A stretch of DNA of 64,000 nucleotides from an uncultured Pseudomonadota bacterium (GCA_963850955.1 CAWKMW010000005.1:18228-82227); one strand, 5' to 3'. Shown: positions 17,647 through 28,242, numbered from the stretch's first letter. Made by a program: numbers and translations. Notes: generated by a model not told the origin, from the letters alone.

Positions 17647-19499
17647 TGGCCACTTCAGTTCACCCGCCGCGCCAGGCGCCAATTTTCAAGCCGGTGCAGG
17701 ACCCGACGACGCTGCGCGGCTTCTTTGGCGTCTTCCGCTACAGCCGCCGTGCGCTTGAGCTGGTCTGGAGCACGAACAAACCGCTGACACTCGCGCTGGC
17801 AGGTTGCACGCTCGCAGGGGGCGTGTTGCCGGCCGCGGTCGCCTACGTCGGTGCGCTGATCGTGGATGCGGTCGTGGCGGCGATCCGCAACGGCGGTGAC
17901 CCGCGTCACGCACTCGCACTCGTGCTGCTCGAGGGAGGGCTGGTGGCCGCCATCTCCGCGGTGCAGCGCGGCATCCAGCTGTGCCAGTCCCTGCTGCGCG
18001 CCCAGCTCGGGCAGCGGGTCAACGTGATGATCCTCGAGAAGGCGCTCACGCTTGAATTGCAGCACTTCGAAGACTCGGAATTCTACGACAAGCTCACGCG
18101 TGCACGGCGCGAGGCCTCGACGCGCCCCCTCAGCCTGGTCATGCGCACCTTCTTTCTGGGGCAGAACGGCATCTCACTCATCAGCTACGGGACCCTGCTC
18201 GCGCATTTCTCCCCCTGGGCGGTCGCGGTGCTGCTGGCGGCGGGGCTGCCGGCATTCGCCGCCGAGGCGAAGTTCTCCGGGGATGCGTTTCGGCTGTTCC
18301 GCTGGCGCTCGCCCGAGACGCGCATGCAGATCTATCTGGAAACGGTTCTCGCGCGTGAAGATCATGTCAAGGAAGTCAAGCTCTTTGGCCTGGGTGCGAG
18401 GCTGCTGGAGCGCTACCAGGGGATCTTCCGGCGCCTGTATGCGGAAGATCGAGCGCTCACCATCCGGCGCGACCTGTGGGGATTTGCGCTGGGCCTGATC
18501 GGCTCGGGCGCGCTCTACGGTGCTTACGCCTGGATTGCGGTGAGCACGGTGCGCCAACTGATCACCCTCGGCCAGATGACGATGTACGTCGCGCTCTTTC
18601 GCCAGGGTCAGTCCACGGTCACGGCGATTCTCACCGCGATTGGCGGGATGTACGAGGACAACCTCTACCTATCCACACTCTACGAGTATCTGGAGACCGA
18701 AGTGCTGCCGCCGACCGGTACGGCACTGCACGGACCGCACCCGGAGGACGGCATCCGCTTCGAGGATGTCAGTTTCACTTATCCGGGGGCTACCGAGCCG
18801 GCGCTGCAGAACATCACGCTGCACCTCGTGCCGGGCACGAGTGTCGCGCTCGTGGGCGAGAACGGCTCCGGCAAGACCACGCTCATCAAGCTCCTCACCC
18901 GCCTGTACACACCCACCTCCGGGCGCATCCGGCTCGACGGTCAGGATCTGGCCGAGTGGGACGAGACCGCGCTGCGCGAGCGCATCGGAGTCATCTTCCA
19001 GGATTTCGCCCGTTACCAGCTCCTGGTGGGGGAAAACGTGGGCGCGGGAGACGAGCGCCATTTCGAAGACGAGGGACGCTGGCGCACCGCGGCCGAGAAG
19101 GGTCAGGCGAGCGAGTTCATCGAGACGCTGCCGGCGGGTTATCAGACACAGCTCGGCAAATGGTTCAAGGACGGGCGCGAACTCTCCGGCGGGCAGTGGC
19201 AGAAGATCGCACTGTCGCGCGCCTTCATGCGCAGCCGCGCCGACATCTTGGTGCTCGATGAACCGACCGCGGCCATGGATGCCCAGGCGGAGGCGGAGGT
19301 ATTTGAGCACTTCCGCCAGCTCGCCCGCGAGCGCATCACCATCCTGATCTCGCACCGCTTCTCTACGGTGCGGATGGCCGATCAGATCGTCGTGCTCAAC
19401 AGCGGGCACATCATCGAACGTGGCAGCCACGAGGAACTGATGCGCCTGAACGGCCGCTACGCGCAGCTGTTCACTCTGCAGGCGCGCGGCTATCGCTAG
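17646..19499 (+). CDS. Fused permease/ATPase ABC exporter (MsbA-like half transporter)
   Basis: Six-TM N-terminal domain, Walker A GENGSGKTT, signature LSGGQWQKIALSRA and Walker B ILVLDEPTAAMD. Confidence 0.92.
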   Translation: MATSVHPPRQAPIFKPVQDPTTLRGFFGVFRYSRRALELVWSTNKPLTLALAGCTLAGGVLPAAVAYVGALIVDAVVAAIRNGGDPRHALALVLLEGGLVAAISAVQRGIQLCQSLLRAQLGQRVNVMILEKALTLELQHFEDSEFYDKLTRARREASTRPLSLVMRTFFLGQNGISLISYGTLLAHFSPWAVAVLLAAGLPAFAAEAKFSGDAFRLFRWRSPETRMQIYLETVLAREDHVKEVKLFGLGARLLERYQGIFRRLYAEDRALTIRRDLWGFALGLIGSGALYGAYAWIAVSTVRQLITLGQMTMYVALFRQGQSTVTAILTAIGGMYEDNLYLSTLYEYLETEVLPPTGTALHGPHPEDGIRFEDVSFTYPGATEPALQNITLHLVPGTSVALVGENGSGKTTLIKLLTRLYTPTSGRIRLDGQDLAEWDETALRERIGVIFQDFARYQLLVGENVGAGDERHFEDEGRWRTAAEKGQASEFIETLPAGYQTQLGKWFKDGRELSGGQWQKIALSRAFMRSRADILVLDEPTAAMDAQAEAEVFEHFRQLARERITILISHRFSTVRMADQIVVLNSGHIIERGSHEELMRLNGRYAQLFTLQARGYR

Positions 19500-19505
19500 C
19501 GCGGC

Positions 19506-19943
19506 TCAGCCGCCAGTCTTGGCTTTCTCCGCCTCGGCGCGCATCTCGGCGCGCATGCCCTTGTAGTCGACCTTGCGGATCTCGGCGATCGGGCAACGCC
19601 AGTCGCGCACCTTGACCGAATCCAGGCGCGAGTAGACCGCGCCGCCGGTGGAGGTGAGGCCGATGGTGTTGACGAACTTCAGGTCGCTACACGGCCCGCT
19701 CACCTTCAGAAGGTACGCGTCACTCGAGGTGGTGAAGACCACCAGCTGATTCTCCCCGATCGGCTCCCAGCTGTAGTACTGGCCGAGCCATACCATGCGA
19801 TCAATCGGCGCGCCGGCGTACGCGGCGAAGCGCTCGCGCACCTGCGAGGGGTCCTCGTGCTTGGCAATTCCGCTGGTGCAACCGCCGAGCAGCGTCACCG
19901 CGAGAGCAACGCTCGCCACGGGCCCCGGGCTTACGCGCCGCAT
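19506..19943 (-). CDS. Small lipoprotein (recalled as DUF6491-like)
   Basis: Lipobox VTLLGGCTSG. Conserved Cys pair (SGPCSDL ... WRCPIAEI); 145 aa. Confidence 0.6.
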   Translation of the reverse strand: MRRVSPGPVASVALAVTLLGGCTSGIAKHEDPSQVRERFAAYAGAPIDRMVWLGQYYSWEPIGENQLVVFTTSSDAYLLKVSGPCSDLKFVNTIGLTSTGGAVYSRLDSVKVRDWRCPIAEIRKVDYKGMRAEMRAEAEKAKTGG

Positions 19944-20018
19944 GGCCTCTTTCCTTCAAGTTGTGCAGCCGATTTTGCGCTGGCGCCGCCGCTGACGCCA
20001 CTGCCGCAGCGGCCGCGC

Positions 20019-21908
20019 CTAGGGCGCCGGTGTCAGGATGACGATGGCCAGCGGCGGCAGGCGCAGCTGCAGCGACTGGCTCTGCCCGTGAGCGGCGACC
20101 GCTTCGCTGTCGAGTGCGCCAAGATTGCCCTGGCCGCTGCCGCCGTAGTCGGCAGCGTCGCTGTTGAGGCGTTCGTGCCAGCGGCCGGCCTGCGGTACCC
20201 CGATGCGGTAGCTTTCGCGCGGCACGGGAGTGAAGTTACAAGCGATGAGCGCCACCGTGCCGCTCGCGCCGCGGCGCAGAAAGGCGATGACGCTGACGTC
20301 GGCGTCGTCGCAGTCGAGCCACTGGAAGCCGGCGGCACTGAAGTCAAGCTCGTGCAGCGCCGCGCTCTCGCGGTACAGACGGTTCAGGTCACCGACCCAG
20401 CGCTGCACGCCGGCGTGCAGCGGGAACGCCAGCACGTGCCACTCGAGGCTCTCTTCGTGCTGCCACTCGCGCCGCTGGCCGAATTCCCCGCCCATAAAGA
20501 GCAGCTTCTTCCCCGGATGCGTCCACATGTAGCCGTACAGCAGGCGCAGGCTGGCGAACTGCTGCCACTCATCCCCGGGCATCTTGCCGATGAGCGAGCC
20601 CTTACCGTGCACCACCTCGTCGTGCGAGAGCGGCAGCACGAAGTTTTCGCTGAAGGCGTACCAAATGCTGAAGGTGAGGCGGCTGTGGTGGTACTTGCGG
20701 TGGATCGGGTCCTGTTGAAAGTAGCGCAGCGTGTCGTGCATCCAGCCCATGTTCCACTTCAATCCGAAGCCGAGACCACCGAGGTAGGTCGGCCGTGACA
20801 CCATGGGCCACGCGGTGGATTCCTCCGCGATCGTTTGCGTGTCCGGGTGGTCGCGGTACACCGCCAGATTCAGCTGCTTCAGGAATCCGACCGCTTCGAG
20901 ATTCTCGTGACCACCGAAGCGGTTGGGAATCCACTCCCCGGCGCGGCGCCCGTAGTCGAGGTAGAGCATCGAGGCTACCGCGTCGACACGCAGCGCATCG
21001 ACGTGATACACGTCGAGCCAGAAGACGCCACTGCTGGCGAGGAAGTTGCGCACCTCCGCGCGACCGTAGTTGAAGATGGCGCTGGTCCACTCCGGGTGAA
21101 AGCCCTGCCGCGGATCGGCGTGCTCGTAGAGATGTGTGCCGTCAAAGCGCGCAAGCCCGTGTTCATCGTTCGGGAAATGCGACGGCACCCAGTCGAGGAT
21201 GACGCCGATGCCGCGCCGGTGCAGGTGGTCGACGAAATACATGAAGTCCTGGGGCGTACCATAGCGCGCGCTCGGGGCGAAGTAGCCGGTGACCTGATAC
21301 CCCCAGGAGCCGTAGAACGGGTGCTCCATGACGGGCATGAGCTCCACGTGTGTGAAGCCGAGCGCCGTCACGTAGTCGGCGAGCGCGTGCGCCAGCTCGC
21401 GGTAGCTGAGCGGGCGGTCGCCGTCCTCGGGTACGCGCCGCCATGAGCCTATGTGCAGCTCGTAGATCGACCAGGGCGCATTGAGCGCGTTCACCTGCGC
21501 GCGCCGGGCGAGCCATTCGCTGTCCTGCCACTGAAAGTCGAGGTCCCACACGACCGAGGCGGTGCGCGGGGGCGTCTCGGTACGGAAGGCGTACGGATCG
21601 GCCTTCTCGGCCGTGTCGCCGTGCTGCGAGATCACCTGGTACTTGTAGAGCGCACCGGGACCGACTCCGGGCAGCACGGCCTCCCATATGCCCGAGGAGT
21701 CGGCGCGCGAACTCAAGGGGTGGCGGCCGCGCTCCCAGCCGTTGAAGTCGCCGATGACCGAGATGGCGCTGGCGTTGGGCGCCCAAACCGCAAAGCGTGT
21801 CGCCGCCGCGCCCGCTGCGGCAGCGTGGGCGCCAAGTTTCTCGTAGGCGCGCACGTAGCTGCCTTCGCGGAAGTGGTAGATGTCGCGTTCCGTCAGCAGC
21901 ACGCGCAA
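20019..21908 (-). CDS. glgB: 1,4-alpha-glucan branching enzyme
   Basis: GH13 motifs [35 protein letters not shown] and [15 protein letters not shown]; 629 aa. Confidence 0.93.
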   Translation of the reverse strand: MRVLLTERDIYHFREGSYVRAYEKLGAHAAAAGAAATRFAVWAPNASAISVIGDFNGWERGRHPLSSRADSSGIWEAVLPGVGPGALYKYQVISQHGDTAEKADPYAFRTETPPRTASVVWDLDFQWQDSEWLARRAQVNALNAPWSIYELHIGSWRRVPEDGDRPLSYRELAHALADYVTALGFTHVELMPVMEHPFYGSWGYQVTGYFAPSARYGTPQDFMYFVDHLHRRGIGVILDWVPSHFPNDEHGLARFDGTHLYEHADPRQGFHPEWTSAIFNYGRAEVRNFLASSGVFWLDVYHVDALRVDAVASMLYLDYGRRAGEWIPNRFGGHENLEAVGFLKQLNLAVYRDHPDTQTIAEESTAWPMVSRPTYLGGLGFGLKWNMGWMHDTLRYFQQDPIHRKYHHSRLTFSIWYAFSENFVLPLSHDEVVHGKGSLIGKMPGDEWQQFASLRLLYGYMWTHPGKKLLFMGGEFGQRREWQHEESLEWHVLAFPLHAGVQRWVGDLNRLYRESAALHELDFSAAGFQWLDCDDADVSVIAFLRRGASGTVALIACNFTPVPRESYRIGVPQAGRWHERLNSDAADYGGSGQGNLGALDSEAVAAHGQSQSLQLRLPPLAIVILTPAP

Positions 21909-21986
21909 AAGTCTAGCAAGATGGGGCGGCGCGCGCTGATATTGCGGCGCCTGCGACGCGTCTAGCGCGCCCGAGTCTTGGCGGCG

Positions 21987-24596
21987 CTACGTGCGCCGGC
22001 GCACCCCGCCGCTGACGAACACGAGTGCCTCCGAGCTCTCGCGCCGCGGCAGTTGCAGGGCCGCTTCGAGCGACTGCCGGGCGCGCGTGCTCGCCGCCTG
22101 CGCTTCGCCGGGCGCTGAGTCCGCCTCCACCGGATGGCCGAGCAGGTAGCCCTGTACGCCGATTGGTCCGCAGCTGGCCAGGAAGTCCAGCTGCGCGGCG
22201 CGCTCAACACCCTCGGCCACCACCTGTAACCCCAGGCCATGGCACAGGGCAACGATCGAGCGCACGATGGCGGCCGAGCGCGCATTGGTGTCGACGCCCG
22301 CGACCAACAGGCGATCGAGCTTCACGCGCGTGATCGGTAGCTGCTCAAGAGAGGTGAGCGAGGAGTAACCGATGCCGAAGTCATCGAGCGCCACGGCCAC
22401 GCCCAGCGCGCGCAGGCGACGCAGCGAATCGATCGTGGCCGCGCCGGTCTGGAAAACCGTCTCGGTGATCTCCAGTTCGAGCGCGCTCGGCGGCAACCCG
22501 CTCAGCTCGAGCGTGCGCGCGACCTGCTCGACGAAGTCACTCTCAAAGAACTGCGGCGGCGAGACGTTGATGGCGACACTGGCGCGGTGCCATCCCTGCG
22601 CGCGCCAGCTGGCGGCGGCGGCGGCGGCCGAATGCAGGATCCAGCCGGTGAGTTCATGGATGATGCCGGTCTTTTCCGCCACATGAATGAACTCGGCGGC
22701 CGTGGCGATGCGCCCGTCGGGCTTGCGCCAGCGCAGCAGTGCCTCGAGTGTGGTCGCCTCGAAGGTGTGCAGCGAGACCTGCGGCTGGTACATGAGCAGC
22801 AGCTCGCGCTTCTCGACCGCGCGCCGCAGCGACTGCTCCAGGCGAAAGCGCTGTGCGGCGGCATCGAACAGCGCCGGGCTGTAGAGCGCGAAGCGGTTGC
22901 GGCCGAGCTCCTTGGCGCGAAACAGCGCCACGTCCGCAGCGCGCAGCAAGCCTTCGGCGTCGGCGGCGTGATCGGGGTACAAGCTCGCGCCGACGCTGGC
23001 GCTGGTGGTGAGCACGCGGCCGCCGATATTGAGCGGCTCCTGCAGGGTCGCCACGATCTGTGCGGCGTGCTCTTCGACCTGGGCCGCGGATTCGACGTTC
23101 TCCAGCAGCACCGTGAATTCATCGCCGCCCAAACGCGCTAGCAGGCCGCTCGTGCCGGTCGCGAGGCGCAGCCGCTCCGCGATGTGCTGCAGCACGCGGT
23201 CGCCAAAGCTGTGCCCGAGCGTGTCGTTGATGGACTTGAAGTTGTCGAGGTCAACGAACAGCAGCGCCAGACGCTGCTGCGCCCCCGCGCCCGCGAGCGC
23301 GCCGGTGAGCCGCGCCGAGAGCTTGCGGCGGTTGGGCAGCTGCGTGAGCGGATCGTGGTAGGCGAGATGGTGCAGCTGGCGGGTGCGCTCGTCCACGTGT
23401 CGCTCAAGCTCGGCCTGGTGGGCGCGCAGCTCCGCTTCCGCGTGCTCGATACGATCCGCCATAGCATTGAAAGAATCGGCGAGTTCCGCGACCTCCCGTG
23501 AGCCGCCGCGCGGGGCGCGAGCGCTGCGATCCCCGGCGGCCAGGCGGCGCGTCGCCGCCGTCAGGCGTCGCACCGGCAGGCTGATGCTGATCGTCAGCAG
23601 CACCGATACCAGCAGCAGCAGTCCGAGCACGGCGGCCGCGCTGGTGCGCAGGGTTTGCTCGGCCACCTCGGCGGCGCTCGCCGCGTGCTGCGCCGCCCTC
23701 ACCAGATCCAGCCGTGCCGGCTTCTGCAGCGTTTCCTGGATCGCGGCGGTGAGCGCGGAGCTATCCTCGAGCAGGCTGTGCCAGGCAGGTCCAGCGGCCT
23801 CGTCGTAACGGGCGATCTCGAGGCGCAGTCGCACGGCTTCGGCAAAGTCCTGCCGCACGAGGCTAAGCCAAGCGCGCCCGGGGGATATCTGTAGCTCCAG
23901 GTCGTTCAGATCCAGCAGCGCGCGAAAATCTTCCTCGCGGCGGGCGATGATCGGCGGCTTGGCGGCATCGCCGCCGCGCACCGCGTTAATTGCGGTCTCA
24001 AGTTCCGAGAGCGAACGGCGCCCGAAGACCTGGGTACCGTTGATGGCCACGCCCGCACCGCCCGCGGAAGCGATGAGCTGATAGACGCGATTCAGCGCCG
24101 CCTGACGCGCGTCCGCGGATTGTGCGCGCTGCGTGGCGCGCGCGGCCAGTTGACGCGCGGTCTCGATGTGACGCGTGAGCTGGGCGCGCAGGGTCAGGGA
24201 GGCGGGCGTGATGGGCGGTTGCGGCCGGTTGCCGAAGTAGGCGGCCACCGCATCTTCGAGTGCATCGCCCGCCTGCGTAATCGCATTGAGGTCGGCGCCC
24301 GCCCGCGCCTGCACGAACGCTCCCACGGCCCGGTCGTAGGCGACCAGCTTCTCGAGTACCGCGTCGGCGCTGCTCGCGAGCGTTTCGTGCTCGTTCTGCA
24401 TGACGCGCACGGCGTTGAGGGCGTCACGTGTCGTGCGCGTCGCCAGCACTTCCGCGCCCGTGAGCACCGCTGCCACGGCTGCCAGCCCGAGGCCGAGCCG
24501 CCAGGCGATGCCCAGCAGCGGGGAGGCGGCACGGCGCGCGCGCGGCGCGGGCGCGGGCGCGGAGATGCTCGCTCGGGGAGTCGGGTCGCGTTTCAT
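21987..24596 (-). CDS. Membrane sensor with HAMP, GGDEF and EAL domains (c-di-GMP turnover)
   Basis: A TM segment, a roughly 300-aa helical periplasmic region, a second TM segment and HAMP. Then LGGDEFTVLL (GGDEF) and LEALLRW, DDFGIGYSSL and AEGVE (EAL). ATG at 24596 preferred over the ORF-track start at 24704. Confidence 0.88.
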   Translation of the reverse strand: MKRDPTPRASISAPAPAPRARRAASPLLGIAWRLGLGLAAVAAVLTGAEVLATRTTRDALNAVRVMQNEHETLASSADAVLEKLVAYDRAVGAFVQARAGADLNAITQAGDALEDAVAAYFGNRPQPPITPASLTLRAQLTRHIETARQLAARATQRAQSADARQAALNRVYQLIASAGGAGVAINGTQVFGRRSLSELETAINAVRGGDAAKPPIIARREEDFRALLDLNDLELQISPGRAWLSLVRQDFAEAVRLRLEIARYDEAAGPAWHSLLEDSSALTAAIQETLQKPARLDLVRAAQHAASAAEVAEQTLRTSAAAVLGLLLLVSVLLTISISLPVRRLTAATRRLAAGDRSARAPRGGSREVAELADSFNAMADRIEHAEAELRAHQAELERHVDERTRQLHHLAYHDPLTQLPNRRKLSARLTGALAGAGAQQRLALLFVDLDNFKSINDTLGHSFGDRVLQHIAERLRLATGTSGLLARLGGDEFTVLLENVESAAQVEEHAAQIVATLQEPLNIGGRVLTTSASVGASLYPDHAADAEGLLRAADVALFRAKELGRNRFALYSPALFDAAAQRFRLEQSLRRAVEKRELLLMYQPQVSLHTFEATTLEALLRWRKPDGRIATAAEFIHVAEKTGIIHELTGWILHSAAAAAASWRAQGWHRASVAINVSPPQFFESDFVEQVARTLELSGLPPSALELEITETVFQTGAATIDSLRRLRALGVAVALDDFGIGYSSLTSLEQLPITRVKLDRLLVAGVDTNARSAAIVRSIVALCHGLGLQVVAEGVERAAQLDFLASCGPIGVQGYLLGHPVEADSAPGEAQAASTRARQSLEAALQLPRRESSEALVFVSGGVRRRT

Positions 24597-24838
24597 TTGT
24601 CTGCATGCGACATAAGTCGCGGCCGGAACGACGCAGCTCTCATTCAATCCATGACGCTCGTCGCATGATGCGCGTCGATCGCGCCGGGCTTCCGAGGCGG
24701 GCATCGCATAAATGCCGCGAAGGCTCGGGCTCAGCCGTTAAGGAGTGGCTCGCAGGAGCGTTCGAGTGACGAGCGAGCGTCGGGGTGGGGCTCTTGATGG
24801 CCTATACTAGGCACAACGATGAAGGGGCGGCGCGAAGC

Positions 24839-25138
24839 ATGAGCGAGCTTGCTGATACGTTTGATGCGGCTTTTTCCAAGGCCGTGGACCTGGGTAACCG
24901 GATCGCTGATAAGGACAAGGACGCGGACCTGTGGGACATCGCGGATGGGCTCCTGGCGGGCGCCATCCAGTACTGGCTCTACTCGCGTCAGCCGTGCGGC
25001 GATCCGCGCTGTCAGGATTGCATGCCGATCAGCACGGCGCAGGGCCGCATGGCGGAGCTGAAGCGTCTGATCGAGCAGCTCGCCTCCGAGAGTGAGTACT
25101 TCCACACGCCGACGGACGCCAACGCCGGTCGCGCCTGA
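24839..25138 (+). CDS. Small hypothetical protein, possibly DUF3144-like
   Basis: MSELADTFDAAFSKAVDLGNRIA...LWDIADGLLAGAIQYWLYS resembles DUF3144 as I remember it. It contains a CGDPRCQDC insert. Alternative starts at 24785 and 24797. Confidence 0.45.
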   Translation: MSELADTFDAAFSKAVDLGNRIADKDKDADLWDIADGLLAGAIQYWLYSRQPCGDPRCQDCMPISTAQGRMAELKRLIEQLASESEYFHTPTDANAGRA

Positions 25139-25154
25139 GCAGCGGCACCGGGCT

Positions 25155-26462
25155 TTAGCCGGCCGCTTTGGCACTCAAAGTGGTGCCCGCGACCTCGGCG
25201 AGCGCCAGCTCGAAGAGGTGAAAGCCCTCCTTCAGCAAGGCGTCAGTGATCGTGAGCGGCGCGAGAAAGCGGATCACGTTGGCGTAAATCCCGCAGGAGA
25301 GCAGCACCAGGCCGTGCTGTCCGGCCGCCTGCACCAGCGCCTTGGTGAGCTCTGCGTCCGGTGCATCGGCGCGCGCGTTTTTGACCAGCTCCACGGCCAC
25401 CATGGCACCGAGTGCGCGCACCTCGCCGATGCAGGGGAAACGCACCTGCAGTCCCTTCAGGCGCGAACTCATGAAGCGGCCGATTTCCTGCGAGCGCTTG
25501 AGCAGCTGCTCCTCACGCATCACCTCCAGCACCGCCAGCCCCGCGGCACAGGCGAGCGGTGAGCCGGCGTACGTGCCGCCGAGTCCGCCGGGCACGGGCG
25601 CATCCATGATGTCGGCCTTGCCAATGACCCCCGCGAGCGGCACGCCGCCCGCCACGCTCTTGGCGATCGTGATCAGGTCCGGCTCGATGCCGGCGTGCTC
25701 AATGGCGAACATGCGCCCCGTGCGACCGAAACCCGACTGGATCTCATCGGCGATGAGCACGATGCCGTGACTGTCGCACAGGCTGCGCAGGCGGCGCAGT
25801 AACTCCGCTGGTGCGGCATAGAAGCCGCCTTCCCCGAGCACCGGCTCGATGATGATCGCCGCTACACGCGCTGGATCCACGTCCGCCTTGAACAGCTGTT
25901 CGAGCGCAGCCAGGGAGTCCTCCACCGTGATTCCGTGGTAGGGGATTGGGTAGGGCACGTGGTAGATCTCCGGCAGCATCGGCCCGAAGCCGGCCTTGTA
26001 GGGCTGCACCTTGCCGGTGAGGCTGATGCACGCGAGCGTGCGGCCGTGAAAGCCACCGGCAAAGGCGATGATCGCGGAGCGCTTGGTGTGGAAGCGTGCG
26101 ATCTTGATGGCGTTCTCCACCGCTTCCGCGCCAGTGGTGAGAAAGATGGTCTTCTTCGGGGTGGACCCCGGGGCGAGTGCATTCAACTGCTCGGCGAGCG
26201 CGATGTAGCTCTCATAGGGAGTTACCTGAAAGCAGGTATGGGTGAACTTCTCCAGCTGATGCGCGATGGCGGCCTGCACCTTCGGGTGCAGGTGGCCGGT
26301 GTTCAGCACCGAGATACCGCTCGCGAAGTCGATGTAGCGGCGACCCTCGACGTCCCAGATCTCGGCATTGCTTGCTCGTTCGGCGTACACCATGAGCGAG
26401 TTGGAAACGCCGCGCGGGACGGCTTGCTGGCGGCGCTTGTTTAGATCGGCATTCGACGTCAA
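25155..26462 (-). CDS. gabT: 4-aminobutyrate--2-oxoglutarate transaminase
   Basis: Class-III aminotransferase: IDFASGISVLNTGHLHPKV, LIADEIQSGFGRTGRMFA and the PLP-Lys region ITIAKSVAGG; 435 aa. Confidence 0.88.
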   Translation of the reverse strand: MTSNADLNKRRQQAVPRGVSNSLMVYAERASNAEIWDVEGRRYIDFASGISVLNTGHLHPKVQAAIAHQLEKFTHTCFQVTPYESYIALAEQLNALAPGSTPKKTIFLTTGAEAVENAIKIARFHTKRSAIIAFAGGFHGRTLACISLTGKVQPYKAGFGPMLPEIYHVPYPIPYHGITVEDSLAALEQLFKADVDPARVAAIIIEPVLGEGGFYAAPAELLRRLRSLCDSHGIVLIADEIQSGFGRTGRMFAIEHAGIEPDLITIAKSVAGGVPLAGVIGKADIMDAPVPGGLGGTYAGSPLACAAGLAVLEVMREEQLLKRSQEIGRFMSSRLKGLQVRFPCIGEVRALGAMVAVELVKNARADAPDAELTKALVQAAGQHGLVLLSCGIYANVIRFLAPLTITDALLKEGFHLFELALAEVAGTTLSAKAAG

Positions 26463-26519
26463 GGCAGTTCCTTTGGCAGCTTGAGTTTTGCTGGCAGTTG
26501 GCTTGAGAAGGCGGCGCGC

Positions 26520-26981
26520 TCAGCCGCTGGACTTAAGTTGCGCGGCGCGGTGAATGGCGGCGCGGATGCGCTGATAGGTGCCGCAACGGCAGATGTTACC
26601 CGCCATGGCAGCATCAATCTCCACATCCGAGGGTTGCGCGGTGCGATCCAACAATGCCACGGCTGACATGATCTGCCCGGATTGGCAGTAACCGCACTGC
26701 GGCACGTCCAGTTCGATCCAGGCGCGCTGCACCGGATGGCTGCGGTCGGCCGAGAGCCCCTCGATGGTGGTGATCTTCTTGCCCCCGACCGCGCTGATCG
26801 GCGTCACGCAGGAGCGCACCGGCTGGGCATCCAGGTGCACGGTGCACGCCCCGCACAGCGCCATGCCGCAGCCGAACTTGGTGCCGGTGAGATTGAGCCT
26901 GTCACGTAGCACCCACAAGAGCGGCATGTCGGCGTCGACGTCGACCGTCGTGTCCTGGCCATTGACGTTGATCTTGAACAA
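26520..26981 (-). CDS. (2Fe-2S)-binding small subunit of the IorA/aldehyde-oxidoreductase (xanthine dehydrogenase) family, with no partner subunits nearby
   Basis: FKINVNG..., [23 protein letters not shown] and [15 protein letters not shown] 26981 with GGGGGA 5 nt upstream gives the usual ~153 aa. The ORF-track ATG at 27089 adds 36 non-homologous residues. Confidence 0.85.
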   Translation of the reverse strand: MFKINVNGQDTTVDVDADMPLLWVLRDRLNLTGTKFGCGMALCGACTVHLDAQPVRSCVTPISAVGGKKITTIEGLSADRSHPVQRAWIELDVPQCGYCQSGQIMSAVALLDRTAQPSDVEIDAAMAGNICRCGTYQRIRAAIHRAAQLKSSG

Positions 26982-27180
26982 CTCATCCCCCGCAACCGCC
27001 GTGCACCCGCAACCCGCCGCCGCACGCTTGCAGGCGCGGGCGGGCAGCCCACTATGCGTACTATACGGCCCGCCCCGCGCCGCGCGCATCCTCCTCCCCT
27101 TGGGAGAGGCGGCATGCGGTGCTCAGGCGGACCCTCTACAATATCCAAGCCGCAACCGACCTTCCTAAAGAGCAAGCACC

Positions 27181-28236
27181 TTGAGCGAGACGTCCCCTGG
27201 CGCCGCAGCGCCCCCCGTATCGGCCGAAGTGGTCATCATTGGCGCCGGTCCGTGCGGACTTTTTCAAGTATTTGAACTCGGGCTCCTGGGCATCAGCGCC
27301 CATGTGGTCGATTCGTTGGCGCATCCGGGTGGTCAGTGCACGGAGCTCTATCCGGATAAGCCGATCTACGACATTCCGGCGTTGCCGGTGTGCGGTGCCC
27401 AGGAACTGGTCGATCGGCTGCTGCAGCAGATCAAGCCCTTCAAGCCGCACTTCCACCTCGGCCAGGAAGTGGTCGAGTTCGCGCGCCTGCCGAGCGGGCG
27501 CTTCTTCGTGCGCACCGCCGCAGGCGTGAGCTTCGATGCCGGCACGGTCGTCATTGCCGCCGGTGTCGGTTCCTTTCAGCCGCGGCGCATCGGGATCGAG
27601 GGGGTCGAGGGCTTCGAGGGGGGCGCCATTCAGTACCGCGTCAAAAATGCCGCCGATCTTGCCGGCAAACGGCTCGTGATCTTCGGCGGCGGCGACTCAG
27701 CGCTCGACTGGACGCTCGAGCTGCTGGCACGTGGCGCAGGCGTCGACCTCGTGCATCGGCGCAGCGAGTTTCGCGGCGCACCCGCCTCGGTCGCGAAGAT
27801 GCGCGAGCAGGTGGCCGCCGGTCGCATGCGTTGCTTTGAAGGCCTGCCGCACTCGCTCATCGTGAGCGAGGGCACGCTACGCGGGGTCAACATCAAGAAC
27901 AGCACCGGTGCCGTGCAGGCGCTCGCCGCGGAGCAGCTGCTGGTGTTCTTCGGGCTGCACCCGAAGCTCGGCCCGATTGCCGAGTGGGGTCTGGCGCTCG
28001 AGAAGCGCGCTCTCACCGTCGACACCGAGCGGTTTCAGACGAGTCTGCCGGGCGTGTTCGCCGTCGGCGACATCAACACCTATCCGGGCAAGAAGAAGCT
28101 GATCCTGTCCGGCTTCCATGAGGCGGCCCTGGCCGCCTTTGCGATCCAGCACCACCTGTTCCCGCAGAAGAAGCAATTCCTGCAGTACACCACCACAAGT
28201 CCGGTGATGCATCAGCGCCTGGGCGTGCCTGACTGA
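27181..28236 (+). CDS. Ferredoxin--NADP+ reductase, thioredoxin-reductase-like type
   Basis: VVIIGAGPCGLFQVFELGLLGI, HPGGQCTELYPDKPIYDIPA, VIFGGGDSALDW and VFAVGDINTYPGKKKLILSGFHEAA; TTG start. Confidence 0.88.
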   Translation: MSETSPGAAAPPVSAEVVIIGAGPCGLFQVFELGLLGISAHVVDSLAHPGGQCTELYPDKPIYDIPALPVCGAQELVDRLLQQIKPFKPHFHLGQEVVEFARLPSGRFFVRTAAGVSFDAGTVVIAAGVGSFQPRRIGIEGVEGFEGGAIQYRVKNAADLAGKRLVIFGGGDSALDWTLELLARGAGVDLVHRRSEFRGAPASVAKMREQVAAGRMRCFEGLPHSLIVSEGTLRGVNIKNSTGAVQALAAEQLLVFFGLHPKLGPIAEWGLALEKRALTVDTERFQTSLPGVFAVGDINTYPGKKKLILSGFHEAALAAFAIQHHLFPQKKQFLQYTTTSPVMHQRLGVPD

Positions 28237-28242
28237 GTCACC

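Noticed and set aside
20019-21908. glgB occurs without glgC, glgA, glgP or glgX neighbours.
   Set aside because: Dispersed glycogen or trehalose-pathway genes are common. The window alone cannot show that the partners are absent from the genome.
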